DNA from: the human T2T-CHM13v2.0 reference genome, Homo sapiens | NCBI RefSeq assembly: GCF_009914755.1 | Contig: NC_060934.1 | DNA: 64,000 nt | Strand: one strand, 5' to 3' | Part shown: positions 1-13,627 of the stretch, in pieces | Numbering within the stretch: position 1 is the first letter of the stretch | Layout: the number at the start of each line of letters is the position of its first letter | Made by a program: the position numbers and the translations under genes | Notes under the pieces: generated by a model | What the model saw: only the letters and a program-made list of their open reading frames with translations | Told to the model about the DNA's origin: nothing | The model's database searches: none

Positions 1-496
1 CTTCCAATCATGGGGTAAGAAAAAGGGGGAGCAGGTGTCTTACATGGCAGGAATGGGAGCTAGAGGGTAGGGGGAGGTGCCTCTGGATTTAAACAACCGG
101 ATCTCACAAGAAATCACTCACTGTTGCAAAAACAGCACCAAGGAGGGATGGTGATAAGCCAATCATAAGAAATCCACCTCCACGATCAGTCACCTCCCAC
201 TCATAAGAAATCCACCTCCATGATCAGTCACCTCCCACTCATAAGAAATCCACCTCCACGATCAGTCACCTCCCACTCATAAGAAATCCACCTCCACGAT
301 CAGTCACCTCCCACTCATAAGAAATCCACCTCCACGATCAGTCACCTCCCACTCATAAGAAATCCACCTCCATGATCAGTCACCTCCCACCAGGCCCCGC
401 CTCCACGATCAGTCACCTCCCACCAGGCCCCGCCTCCAACACTGAGGATAACAGTTTAACATGAGATTTGGGGGAACGAATATCTAAACTATTTCA
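1..496. mobile_element. MST-family (MaLR) LTR, cut by the window start
   Basis: MST-like blocks (TTTAAACAACCGGATCTC, ATCAGTCACCTCCCACCAGGCCCC, AACATGAGATTTGGGGG) ending ATCTAAACTATTTCA. Confidence 0.85.
163..390. repeat. 38-bp minisatellite, 6 copies, inside MST LTR
   Basis: TCATAAGAAATCCACCTCCAYGATCAGTCACCTCCCAC at 163, 201, 239, 277, 315, 353. Confidence 0.97.
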
Positions 497-2265
497 ATTA
501 ATAATGGGCTAATAAAGCCAAGTCAACTCTTATGGGAACATCATCGGACGCTTGTCAAGATATTAGGGAAGAATGCTGAGAGAGGGGGTGGAGCGGGCAC
601 ACGGAAAGAAACAGAGATGGGAGCACTCTCCACCCTCACAGCACCATGAGGGAAGTAGCCTTGACCTTGATATTCCCACAGGAACTCAGGGTGCTGAGCT
701 TGTATTGCCGACATCATCATTTTTCTGAACAAGCCTGGGTAAGTCTCTACTGCCTGTAAACAAAAGAGGCGTGGCTAGAATGAAAATCATGCTAGGTGAA
801 GAATCGTGATGCAAATTGGCTTTTATGTATTAGGCCAACTTTGTAAAAGATAAGCACACAAGAAAGAAAACTAGAAGCATGGCCAGAAAAGATAGCATCA
901 GTTCCACTAGGGTGGGGGGAATAATGGGAGCTCTCCTCCAATCTTTTCCAAACTTTCTGTATATTAATTTAATAATGAAAATAGTTTTGAAAAGAAGGCA
1001 CAGTATAAAATCTTGTGAAATCCAACAGTGGAAGTCATTTTCCAGATTGATATATTGTCTGTCATTTTATAGACCAATAAAATGAAGACATCCCCTAGTG
1101 CACTTGGATGTCTCTACAAGGCTTTTGGTGTTTGAATATTCAGGGGTACAGAAAAATGTAAGGTGTTAGCAAGCACTGCTCACCGATACTCAGACAGAAA
1201 CACAAATAAATCATTCTGAAACGATGGCAAAGGGCAGGGTGTGTGACCTTATATTTAAAAAATCTTAATTAAAATAAGTAATATTTCTCTTAAACCAGTA
1301 GAAGCATATTTAGAGATTTGAGTGGGATCTGCGTCTTAGAACATCTGTATATGGTGACAAAATAAGAGTCAGTGAAAGAATCAGTTAATTGCTTTATTTG
1401 GATTTAATGGGTGTTTTGTTTTTCAGACTCTTTTTTTCTATCAATTAATTTATTGGTTAAGCATTTTATTAAAAGGTTAAAAGTAACTTAATAATTTGTG
1501 TTTGGCATTAATTAAAAGTATACTTGGGTCATGCAGCTAATAATCCCATGTATTAGCCTGGACGCACCAATAAGGACACACACATCCCCATTGCCTCCTC
1601 TCATTTTTCCGGAGAATGCTCTTCTTTCCTCTCCAGGTTCTACTCCCGCGAGACCCTCATGAAGTCCTGAGGTTGCCTCTCGTGCACGTTCACAGGGAGC
1701 TGGAAAGCAGACATACCCCATGAGGCTGGAGGACTTCATCAGTCCCAAGAAACACGTGAGGCCTCTCAGTAGGATGCTGCAGGGCAGAGACCTGGTTCTG
1801 TAGCTGACTCCAAGCCTGGCTAAGGAGCCTCTGGGCTGTGGATACACCACCTACAGCTGCTCATCAGGTGCAGGGCACCAGATTCCCAAATTCTGCTGAG
1901 GTTTTTACTCTGGTCTGTCACTGACACTGGTGCAGAACTGGTCCTGAACAAAGTCACTGTTTTACTTTGTCAAGGATATTTTCATGCCCGAAATGAGCTC
2001 AGGTGCACTTCAAATCTTCTCCCACAGCCACTGTCCCCAGGACACGGGGCTGGATACCCAGGTTGAGAGAGGCTCCAGCACGCCCACACCACGGACCCAA
2101 AGCCATCCTACTTCAACCTTCAGGCTTAGGGTGAGGCCCTACTCACTGGGTCCTGTTTCTTTCCACCCCAACTGTGACTCCATTTCAGATGCTTTTGCTC
2201 CACCTCGGCCTTTGTGTGAGCCAAATCTGTCCACCTCAGGGAGTTTCCTTAAGTCTGAATTCTCA

Positions 2266-2620
<355 letters not shown>

Positions 2621-3179
2621 GGCTTAATTTCTTTATGTGAATTACCTCTCCCAGTAACCAGAATTCTAAGCAATTTTCTTGCAGAATAAAATTAAAATTG
2701 TATTAATTCACTAAATATTCCAGTCAATCTAAATTGAAGAGGCCAGAAGACCCTGTGGGCGTGTTGTGTGCTTTCCTTGGGCATCCCTCTTACGAACTCT
2801 TGGGATGGGACTTATCTTCTTTCCTGGGCACAGCAGACAAAGCGTCTGAATCTGGGGGTGGTCAACCTCCAAGAAGTTAATAATTGCCCTTTAGTGTGAG
2901 ATTCAGAAAAGCACAGTGCCTGGAGGGACCTAAGAAAGAACGTTTAGTTCCTGCAGACCGCTGGGTTCCCGGAGGCCCCTCTACTCCTCCACTGCTTCCT
3001 CCCTCCCCCGTTGGGGCTCAACTACTGAGACGGTTTTGTCACTGTGTTTTAGGCTTGTTTTCTAGAGGAAGCATGCGATACATGGCATTAGAATATTTGT
3101 GCCACAATCCAGAAAATTATGAGTTCAATAAACCTTTCAGTATAGCAATTTTCACACCACAAAATAAAAAGAAATGAAT

Positions 3180-3400
3180 TATAAGTGAAAACATGAGGTA
3201 TTTGGACATAAAGATGGGAACAGTAGACACCAGGGACTAGTAGGGGAGAGAGGGAGGGAGAGAGGCATGGGCTGAAAAACTACCTGTTGGGTAAAGTGCT
3301 CACTATCTGGGTCACAGGATCTGTATCCGAAATCTCAGCATCATACAATACACCCATGTAACACACCTGCATGTGTAAATAAAATTGAAAGGAAAAAAAG
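3180..3400 (+). mobile_element. L1 3' UTR fragment (old L1PA/L1PB)
   Basis: GGACATAAAGATGGGAACAGTAGACAC...AAACTACCTGTTGGGTA...CCCATGTAACACACCTGCATGTG, then A-rich tail. Confidence 0.8.
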
Positions 3401-4923
3401 TAACTACTTAAAGGTGAACTATTAGAACATAACCCAATGATAAGCTGGGACTAACTGCTGTCCACGAAGCATAGAACCATTCATGGACTAGATCATTTTC
3501 TTGGTGATGATCTGTCTGAATATTGAGCTACAATACTCATTGGAGGAGATCTTTCAGAAGGCCCTCTGACACAGCCACTAGGTCAGGCTTTTTGAAAAAC
3601 TGAACTGGGGAACACACTGGATTGGATGCACCCAGCACGTATGCACACATTGTATGACTAGAAAGCAGAATACTATAGCATATAGTTCTTTATTTGAATT
3701 GTCGTTTTCCTTGTGAGCATAAATTCTAGGATTACAGGCACAATTTTAAAAGACATCTATCAATATTGGACTGGCATGATCCTCCATGTTTCAGTTTACT
3801 CCACATCCTGTTATTAGTTCTGTAATGGTATATATCAAAAATTACAGTGGCCTCATAGGTAGGTGTCCAGCCATTTTCAGAAGTCTTTGTCTTGAAATTC
3901 TTGGATGATTTCTAAGATTTAATTTATTTTTAAATGCTTGATTTCCTTCTATGCATATAAATATATATAAATATTGTTTATACATATACATGCGTGTATA
4001 TATGTGTGAATATTTGTATTTTTATGTACAATCTTATAGACACACACATATACCTTAACTTGAGAGAATGGAGATTTCAGCAGAGAAAATTGTAGAGACA
4101 TGGCCATGAGACGTGTGTTTATTTGTAAATGACCTTTGATCCCTTCAAATGTAGAGAAACATAAAGGACATTTGATGGCCATAGACTTGGAAAGATTTTT
4201 TTTAAATACAATCATCTTGCTATATTTTGGTCTTTGAAAAAAGTCAATTTTAGCACAATGGAGAAACATATTTGGAAGACATTTAGGCTGTGAAAGCTGA
4301 GTTTTGTTGATATTTATGGGCAGAGAAAACTTCCTTTTTGACTATTGTTCTGCAGGGCCAGAGACAGATTGATCAGTTCTAGTGTTTTTGAAGAAAAAAT
4401 TACTCTCTTTGTGGCTGACGAGCTTCTGGGAGGCAGGAATTGTCCCAGTCATCTCCAGCACCCAAAGGAATGCCCACCGTTTAATAAACATCCCATACGT
4501 TTTTCTTGAATGAATAAAAAAATGTAAGACGTTCTACCGATATATGGTACTATCAGTTTCTAGGCATGGTTCATGCCCCAATTAAATCAGTTTCAGGAAG
4601 TAGCCTTTTTTGAAACACACAAAATCTTGAAAAATGCTGGTGAAAACATAAAAATTATCTGGGAAAGTCATAATGGGAGAAATGGCTCAGAGTCCGTGAT
4701 TTTATGGTCTAGAAGAGCACAGGCTACCAGGATGATGACAGTGCTCTTCATGTAATGAGTGTGGCTCTGCCATATGAGCCAGGGAGCTTCAGGCTCTGTG
4801 ACTGGACCAACCAGTGGAAATTATAAGGATGTATAATTTAGATATAAACAGACCCTGATATTTATTTTCCAACATTAGAACAGGCTATCGCGTGAGATAG
4901 GAAACATTACTGGAAGCATTCTA

Positions 4924-5264
<341 letters not shown>

Positions 5265-5279
5265 CTATTTCTTCTGTAT

Positions 5280-5745
5280 CAGGTGAGAAGGAGGAGACCT
5301 CAGATCCAGTGTCTTAGAAAAAACAGAGCGTCTTTCTCCTTTCTAATCCTATGGAAGGGGCTGATGCCACAGGTGTGGGTCCTGCCCCACACATCTACAC
5401 TAGGACTCCTGCTTTTTTACCCAGTTGCTTTGTGGCATCTGTCAAATATGAGTCATTAGCTTGCTGGAGGTCCAGGCGGCAGAAAAGGGAAAGAGCATTA
5501 TTTCAGCCAAGTGGTTTGCCTCTGTGTTGAGGATGACCTTGACATTTCACAGACTTTATCCATTTACATTCTCTGACCCAAACCTCATTACGAAGGTACC
5601 TCCACTGAGCGGAGGGTGGAAGCTTTGTCTCCACTGAGCAGAGGGTGGAAGTTTCGTCTACAGCTGGGGGATCAGGCCTCTCACAAAAATCCCTTCCCTA
5701 TAGGAGAAAGGAAGGCTGGATTTAGGGGAAAACCTGGGCAGTGGT
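5280..5745. mobile_element. Old MLT1-type MaLR LTR with a 29-bp tandem duplication at 5600-5657
   Basis: Weak resemblance to old MLT1; CTCCACTGAGCRGAGGGTGGAAGYTTYGT occurs twice in tandem. Confidence 0.45.
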
Positions 5746-5804
5746 CTGTATTTTACAACAGAAAACAATGGGGTCTCTTACTCAAATACTACTGCAATCC
5801 TGCA

Positions 5805-5935
5805 TGTGCATTCATTTATTTGTTCTTTTAATAAATATTAATGGATTAGCTACTACGTACCCAGTACTGTGTTAGTTACTGAGATATGCATACAGATAAA
5901 TTATGCTTCCTGCATTCAATAAGCTTACACTTTAT
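5805..5935 (-). mobile_element. L2 3' end
   Basis: CATTCATTTATT...CTACTACGTACCCAGTACTGTGTTAG resembles the reverse complement of the L2 3' terminus. Confidence 0.6.
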
Positions 5936-5964
5936 TTTTAAAGTACCTTTAAAAATAGCTATAA

Positions 5965-6985
5965 CTTAAAAACAACAAATAACTTAATTCAAAAACTGAC
6001 AGAGATATTTGAATTTCTCCAAAGAAGATATACTAACAGCAAAAAGCCACCTAAAAAGATGCTCAACCTCACTAATCATTAGGGAACTCAAATCGAAACT
6101 ACCATGAGATGCCACCCTTCACCCATTGGGATGGCTGCTATCAAAACACCAGAAATCAAAATGTGTTGGTGAAGATGTGGAGACATTGGGGCTCTTGTGC
6201 ACTGTCCATGGGAATGGAAAATGGTGCAGCCGCTGTGGAGAACAGCATGGTGGTTCCTTAAAAAGCTGAAAGTAGAATTACCCTGTGATCTAGCAATTCT
6301 ACCTATAGGTTTATTCCCAACAGAACTAAAAGCAGGCTCTTGGCAGGGCATGGTTTCTCACATCTGTTATCCCAGCACTTAGGGAGGTTGAGGTTAGAGG
6401 ATCCCTTGAGCGAGGAGTTTAAGGCTGCATTGAGCTATGATTGCACCACTGCACTCCAGCCTGGGCACAGAGCAAGACCCTGTCTCTAAGTAAATAAATC
6501 AATTAAATAAAGTAGGATCTTGAAGATATACTTGTATAGTCATTTTCATAGTACTCTTCAAAATAGCTAAAATGGAAACAACCCAAATATCTATTCACTT
6601 ATGAATTGATAAGCAAACTGTGGTCTATTTATACAATAAAATATTATTCATCCTAAAAAGGAAGAAAATTCATACATATGTTACAGCATGGATGAATCTT
6701 GATGACATTATGCTAAGTAAAGTAAGCCATTCACAAAAAGACAAATGCTGAGGATTCCATTTACATGAGATACTTGGAGTAGTCAAAATCATTGAAATAG
6801 AAAGCAGAAGAGAAAGTCGTCACGTAATGCATATAGAACTTTGATTCAGCAAGATGGAAAGAGTTATGGAGATAGATGGTGTTGGTAGTTGCACAATATT
6901 ATGAAGGCATTTAATAACACTGAACTACACACTTAAAATGGTTAAGATATACATTTATGTTATACATATTTTACCACAATAATCA
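5965..6985 (+). mobile_element. L1M (L1MB-like) 3' portion, interrupted by FRAM
   Basis: ORF2 end and 3' UTR motifs: CTCCAAAGAAGATATAC, GATGCTCAACCTCACTAATCATTAGGGAA, CACTGAACTACACACTTAAAATGGTTAAG. Confidence 0.9.
6342..6510 (+). mobile_element. FRAM/FAM-type Alu monomer
   Basis: Single arm with GGCTGCATTGAGCTATGATTG; flanks TAAAAGCAGGCTCTT / TAAAAGTAGGATCTT form a TSD. Confidence 0.85.
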
Positions 6986-8029
6986 AATTGGAAAAATAGC
7001 TATAATTCATTGATTTATGTGCAATCTATAAGCAAATTTAAGGTACAACGAGCAAGAAAAGACACAATCTCAAAAAGGCCTGGAAGAATCAAAGACAATG
7101 ACATTTAAAGTGTCTTAAGAGTGAGAAAAAGAATCCCATTAGCCTTTAAGGAGGAAATAGTATTCTGGGCAGACGAAAGCATTTGCAAAGCCCAGAGGCA
7201 TGAAATAGCACATCGCATTTCCAGAAATGGAGAAATGAATGGAAATGGGGATGAGGAGAAACATGGAATGACTCATTCCACCATGGGAAGAAACTTGAAC
7301 TTGATTCTCAAAGTCATGAACAGCCATTCAAATAATTTCTAAGTGGGATAGGCTAAGATTTGCATTTAATAAAAATAGCTGAACTTAAAGATATGGATAA
7401 CAACAACTTTCCGGTAAGGAATGATAAAGATAGAGACAAAGGTCCCATTTGTGTGAGGTTTTCTAGGTGCGATTGTCAGTGTTATAACATGTTGCATTAT
7501 TTCCACTCGTTGCCTTTGTGTCTGCATATAAAGGCTCACTAGGTTAGGGCTTGGAGGACTTCACATGATTTATAATGTACTTAGCACATTGCAAACACTT
7601 AATAAATACCACTGGAATGAATATGTAGATTGAATTTGTAGATCTCTCAGTCTTCCTCACAGCCAGCCTAGAAACATTTAATGTAAGAAATCTCCCTATA
7701 AATAGGCTGTGATAATCCATATAAAGTTGTGAAATATGTGCAAAGTGCAGTTTCATAAACATTTCAATTTTAAATAAGTAGAATCGATTAAAAAATACAT
7801 CCCCCACGCAAAGTAAAATATCAGTTCAGCTCGACAAAATTTTTCAGCTTTTGTTATATTCTACACAATGTACATCTATTAACCTGAATATCTACAACTT
7901 TTTCAATCCTGTTGCAATTTTGTTGATTATGCTTTACTTAAGTGCTAAATGAGGCAAACCAAGTGGATTTGGCCCTGCTCTGTTTAAAGATTGTATTTAC
8001 AAATAAAGATTGAATATATTCAAGTTGTA

Positions 8030-8245
8030 CATACACCCATTATGGAAAACCACATCCAGTTCCTCAAAAAATTTGCCAGCAATCCCACTTCTTGGTATAT
8101 ACCCAAAGGAAATCAGTAGGTCAAAGAGATACCTGCACTTCCATGTTCATTGCAGCGCTGTTCACAGTAGCCAAGATATGGAATTGACCTGTGTCCATCA
8201 GTGGATGGATGGATAAATGAATGGTGGTGTACATATTCACACATT
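8030..8245 (+). mobile_element. L1 ORF2 3' fragment
   Basis: CCAGCAATCCCACTTCTTGGTATATACCCAAAGGAAA...CATGTTCATTGCAGCGCTGTTCACAGTAGCCAAGATATGGAA. Confidence 0.85.
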
Positions 8246-9007
8246 GTTGGTCAGATTGATTGAGTGGCTGACCAAGTGGGAACATTTGCCAGCAACCTGT
8301 CAGGGGTGGGAATCCGGGATGTATTTTTTGAGAGACCATTATTGACAAATCTTTCACGTCTTCCTATCTAGACATTAACAGCAATTTGCTTAGATTTATT
8401 TAAATGTTAAATAGCATAGACAAAGACCTCCTCTCCTTCCCAGAAAAGACGTGCTTACATCTCCGTGTGCTACAGGTAGCATCTCTCCATGGAGGGGAGG
8501 ATGGCAGGGTGACCAGAGCCCATGTCAGATGGGGGTGTCCTCGGCGGGGCTACAACCTGTGTGCAGCCTCTTTCTGCCCCTGCCTCTGCACCCTCTCATC
8601 GGGATTAGGGACCGGGAGAATCAGTGTTGAGCAGGAAGCTCCTGCTGCCCATTGTGTTCTCGGTAACAGATTTCCCAGGTCCACTGGGCTCATTGTCTCA
8701 TTACCAGTTGGTTCAAAGTGTGACGAGCTGACCCAGCAATGCCGTTCAGGAAGCTCAAGAACCACCCGACTGCCTCACAGCTCTCAGCTTATGCCATGTG
8801 GGACCTTGAGTAGGTTGGGCTCAGGCAAGAACTGAGGGCCTCAGTTCGTCAGCTGTGAAATAAGTGAGTAGTTCTTTATTCTGACGTGCAGAATCCTGGC
8901 CCCATCGGATTGTCCTGTCAGCCTATTTCCTTCAATCTATGGTCAAACATGCCCCACCATCACCTCTATTAAGGTTTTTTTAATTCCAAGGGATAAATTT
9001 CATTTAT

Positions 9008-9240
9008 TTCAGGACTATATATATATATGTCCTGAATATATAGATATATATATAGCCCTGAATATATGTATATAGTCCTGAATATGCATATACAGTCCTG
9101 AATATATATATATACACACACACACGCACACACACATATATATGTATATACCCTACCATTACTCTCTTATAAAATTTTGGTGTGCCCTCCATTTAAAAAA
9201 AAATATATATATATACACATACATACATATATGCATATAA
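9008..9240. repeat. TA/CA-rich microsatellite with repeated GTCCTGAAT unit
   Basis: GYCCTGAAT at about 9029, 9055, 9076, 9095 within (TA)n. Confidence 0.85.
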
Positions 9241-9779
9241 CTATTGTGTGAATGTGTGCAAGATTCACTGAAAGAAACATTACTTTTTTTACTTTCTCTT
9301 AAATACAAATCCACTTTTATTTGGAGGCTCAGTGTGAAAAGTCAGCCCTATGACAAACATGAAAACCTGCCCCATGACCTCCAAGTGGAATCCCTGCTTT
9401 TGTCCTCATTCATTTTTCCTCCAAAGGCAGTTACCATCTCAGTGATTGTTACAGTGGTGTATTGTCTAAATTTCTATTTCTTTCAAATGACATAAGCCTG
9501 TTGCCTTATAAGAAAAATATGAAGGCAACAGAGCAGATCCCCCTTGAGATTGAATAGAATTCTATCTTCTTTGCTTGTTTATGCAATGAGAATGAAGTTG
9601 GCATTTCCCTGAGGTCGGATGCAGAGGTTGGGCATAGGAGGTGAATACAGTCAAATTTTAACTTCGCATTCCATTGAATTTAAAATCTTGATGGTTTGCC
9701 TGAAGGTTATGCTCTCAGAAATGGAAGCTCTACCCTTCAGACCCTACTTATGTATTGCTATCTCCAAGGAATCAAGCTC

Positions 9780-10043
9780 TCACATTTCTAAGTCCTCTTT
9801 TCCACCTTTATTTATTTTCCTCTTTTTTTTTTTTGCCTTAGCACTTATCACCTTCTCACATATTGTATGATTTACTTGTTTATTGTGTTTATTGATTGTT
9901 TTCTGTTTCTACCTTACCAGAAAGTCAATTCGACAAGAGCAGAGATCTTTGTGTATCCTGTTCTCCAGTGGAATCCAAAGTGCCTAGGATGATGCTTGGC
10001 ATACAGTAGGAGCCTCATAAATATTCACCGAATGAATAAATGA
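9780..10043 (+). mobile_element. L2 3' end
   Basis: Ends GTGCCTAGGATGATGCTTGGCATACAGTAGGAGCCTCATAAATATTCACCGAATGAATAAATGA. Confidence 0.8.
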
Positions 10044-11504
10044 CACTTGTTTCTATTCTGGAAGACGTTTAAAATCCTGTGTATAAGCAAGAAATTGATT
10101 AGTTGCATTAGTTTCAGATAGACTGATTATTGGAAAAGTGGTCTCAGCCTCAGAAATCCTGTCTCAGAGGAATTCAACAGTGGTTATAAGGACAGTATTT
10201 TGGTACTATGGACACCTGTCCCCTAGAGACTGAATCGCAACCCACCAGGTTCATAGAAAAAGGAAGTCCTTAGTAAGGCATGGGAATCTCACCCTGTGTT
10301 CAGCGGTGGGGACACCCAGATGATGATGACATACCAGGGCTGTCAGACAGCACCTCTGTAATATCGATGACAGTTTCCATTTTTGCCTTCGTCTCTGCAG
10401 GGTGCCGTATCCCATGGGTGCCTTCGCCAATGGTTTCCCAGTTCACTGTCATTGAGCTGGTCACATGCAAACCTTGAGCTTTCGCTGATTCCCAAGAGAC
10501 TCTCCTTGTTAGGCTGTAACAAGAAGCAGCATTAGACGGAGTCCTGAGAGGCAGGCTGTGAGGACAGGAGAACAGCATGGGCGTTCTACCTCCAGGACAC
10601 CTTTCACAGAACCAGCTTCGGAGTTTGTTGTGTGACGATTTTAATTTGTTTTTAAAGGTGATGTTGATGTTCTGGTTATGGTGAATCCTAGTTCTATAGG
10701 AAGTTATAGACTTATCATCACTCCAGTAATTGCCAAAAGTGGCAGCTGATAGTGTGAGAAAGTGGCAATTTTGGCAGCAATTTAACTGGATAAGATCTGC
10801 AATGACTCTAGCAGGTAGGTAACAGAGTGAAAGCACTTCCTTGTTTCTCAAACCACTCAATGTATGATGTCCGCTGCTTATCAGATTCCTAATTCAATGG
10901 TGTTTTTCTTCTACATAGTTTTGCATTCAAACTCGGTCGGTAAACATGTAATCCAATATCCCACATTTTGAGAATAGACTGAAATTGAGAAACAAAACGT
11001 AGAAAATCAATTATGACAACATCAAGAGTTTAATGGGATTTCTCATTCAAACTAAAAATACAAAGTTCAGGGGATCCCTGGAACTTCTTCCATTTAACTT
11101 TAGGGAGTTCCATTTTTATGCCATCCCCTCATCAGTTTTCTGTGTTTTGATATTGATGCATTATCCTCATTGAAGCCTGCAGTTTCACTGGATATGTGCC
11201 ACATTGTGGTGTTTTGTTTGCCTTGGTTACATTTAGCCATAAAGATGATGGAATGATGAACCAATTCAGATTATTTCTTAAGATGCAACTGGAACCCTCC
11301 TAATTTTGAAGACAGAAAAATGTAAAAGGTCTTTATTGGCTTTTGATCCTGATTTATGGTCTCATAAAGTTCTAACAGTTTCACCATGTTTCAGAGAAGT
11401 ATTTGAAAAATATTAAAACAAAACTTGATTTCTTTAATCTTTTTTCCTGTAATGGCTAAGAAAGTTCAACCAAATTTGAAAATAACATTTCCAGCAAGTA
11501 ATAG

Positions 11505-11876
<372 letters not shown>

Positions 11877-12064
11877 TGAAGAAACTTCTTCTGGCAACTT
11901 TTTCTGAGATGAAATACTTTATTGAAACAATATAATTATGGAGAATTTGCTTGAACTTCAGAATTAAAGAGAAACAGACTTGAGTGCTTTCACTTGACAA
12001 AAAAAAAAAAAACAAAAACAAAAAAACAAAGGCAGTCTTTTCTTTTCCATGAATATATGATTTT

Positions 12065-12195
12065 CACAGCTTATTAACTTCTTTCTAAGCCTTAGTTTTA
12101 TCATTTCTCATAGGTGGTGCATCTCCTGCATGGGTTCTCATTAGGATTAATTGAGATGATCTCTGTGGAGCATTTAGCACAGTTCCTGACAAAGG
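12065..12195 (+). mobile_element. MIR fragment
   Basis: TTAACTTCTTTCTAAGCCTTAGTTT...AGGATTAATTGAGATGAT...GCATTTAGCACAGTTCCTGAC. Confidence 0.6.
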
Positions 12196-12349
12196 GGAAA
12201 AATTCAGGGGATGCCCCTCTTTTTATGTTAGAAAGCTGCTTGGTAAATTTACTGCAAAGCACTTTTGTGATTGTGAGGCGATTGTTATCATAGCATAAAT
12301 ATTACAACAGTATAATCATTTCCACTACATCTTCTAACTACAGCAAAGG

Positions 12350-12480
12350 AAAATATAATGATTTTTTATTGCTGACATGTAGAAAAACTGATTTGTCTGT
12401 ATATACTTTGCAACTGGTTGTCTCACTGACCTCTCTCACCACATCTATCATTTTTAAATATGTGGTTTCTTCATATTTTA
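12350..12480 (-). mobile_element. Old L1 ORF2 fragment
   Basis: Translation VREVSETTSCKVYTDKSVFLHVSN resembles L1 ORF2 [25 protein letters not shown]. Confidence 0.55.
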
Positions 12481-13296
12481 ACGCCTCTGAAATCAAGTCA
12501 TGGTTTATAGTCAATGTCAGAAACCATGTGCTCTCCACAGCTGTCATTGGAGAAGATAGGTCCTGGCAGACCTGTCATTGCTGGGACATTGTTTTCATCT
12601 GGGCGTGGGAGCCGTCCATTCACTTGGCCATCAATGTGAGGTATCTCCATTGGTGGCACTTGGATGAAGTTGCAATTTAAATTAAATTTGGATAGAACAT
12701 TTTTACTTGTCTGCAAAATGATTACAGATGATAATATATGGAGACAAAAAATGTATTATTTGTACAGTCAGTGCTTCTACATACCAATTGAATGTAGTAC
12801 TAATTTGTAAATATCTCCAATAGATCATGCCATTGTTACATGCAGAGAGGTTGTTGTAACAGATTCATGCATCATGAGAGACTATTACTAGGTGCTAAAT
12901 ATCCATCTACAGTTTCCAATGTCTTCCAAGAAAAAGTTATTAACTTCTGTCCTGATGTAATTCAAAGAAAACATAAATAAATCTACAGTCTTGATCAAAC
13001 TGGAAATATAAAAAAGACTATTATTTTGAATAATTCTTGAAATTATACAGTTAATCCTAAAGATTATGACTACAGGTTACCAAAACCAACAAGTCCCCAT
13101 GAAGATATGCATAATTGCAAATATCTGAACATCTCTCAGAAGAATCTCTAGACTATTAAATGAACATTGATTATGTCTTGCAGAGGAATGCAGTATACAT
13201 TGTATAGATAAACATTTTTATTGCCTTCCAGAAAAAAATGTATAAAATTATTTCAGTGTTTTATTTTTTTTCTATAATTGGCTATTATCAAAGTGA

Positions 13297-13627
<331 letters not shown>

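Noticed and set aside
163-390. CRISPR-like 38-bp repeats
   Set aside because: No spacers; the unit is MST LTR sequence.
10300-10860. 186-aa minus ORF with a C-type-lectin-looking stretch (CYSLTRRVSWESAKAQ)
   Set aside because: It lacks the following Cys and the WIGL/WND motifs, has a non-ATG start and no convincing flanking splice sites or partner exons; likely chance. A strong + strand acceptor at 10400 has no evident donor.
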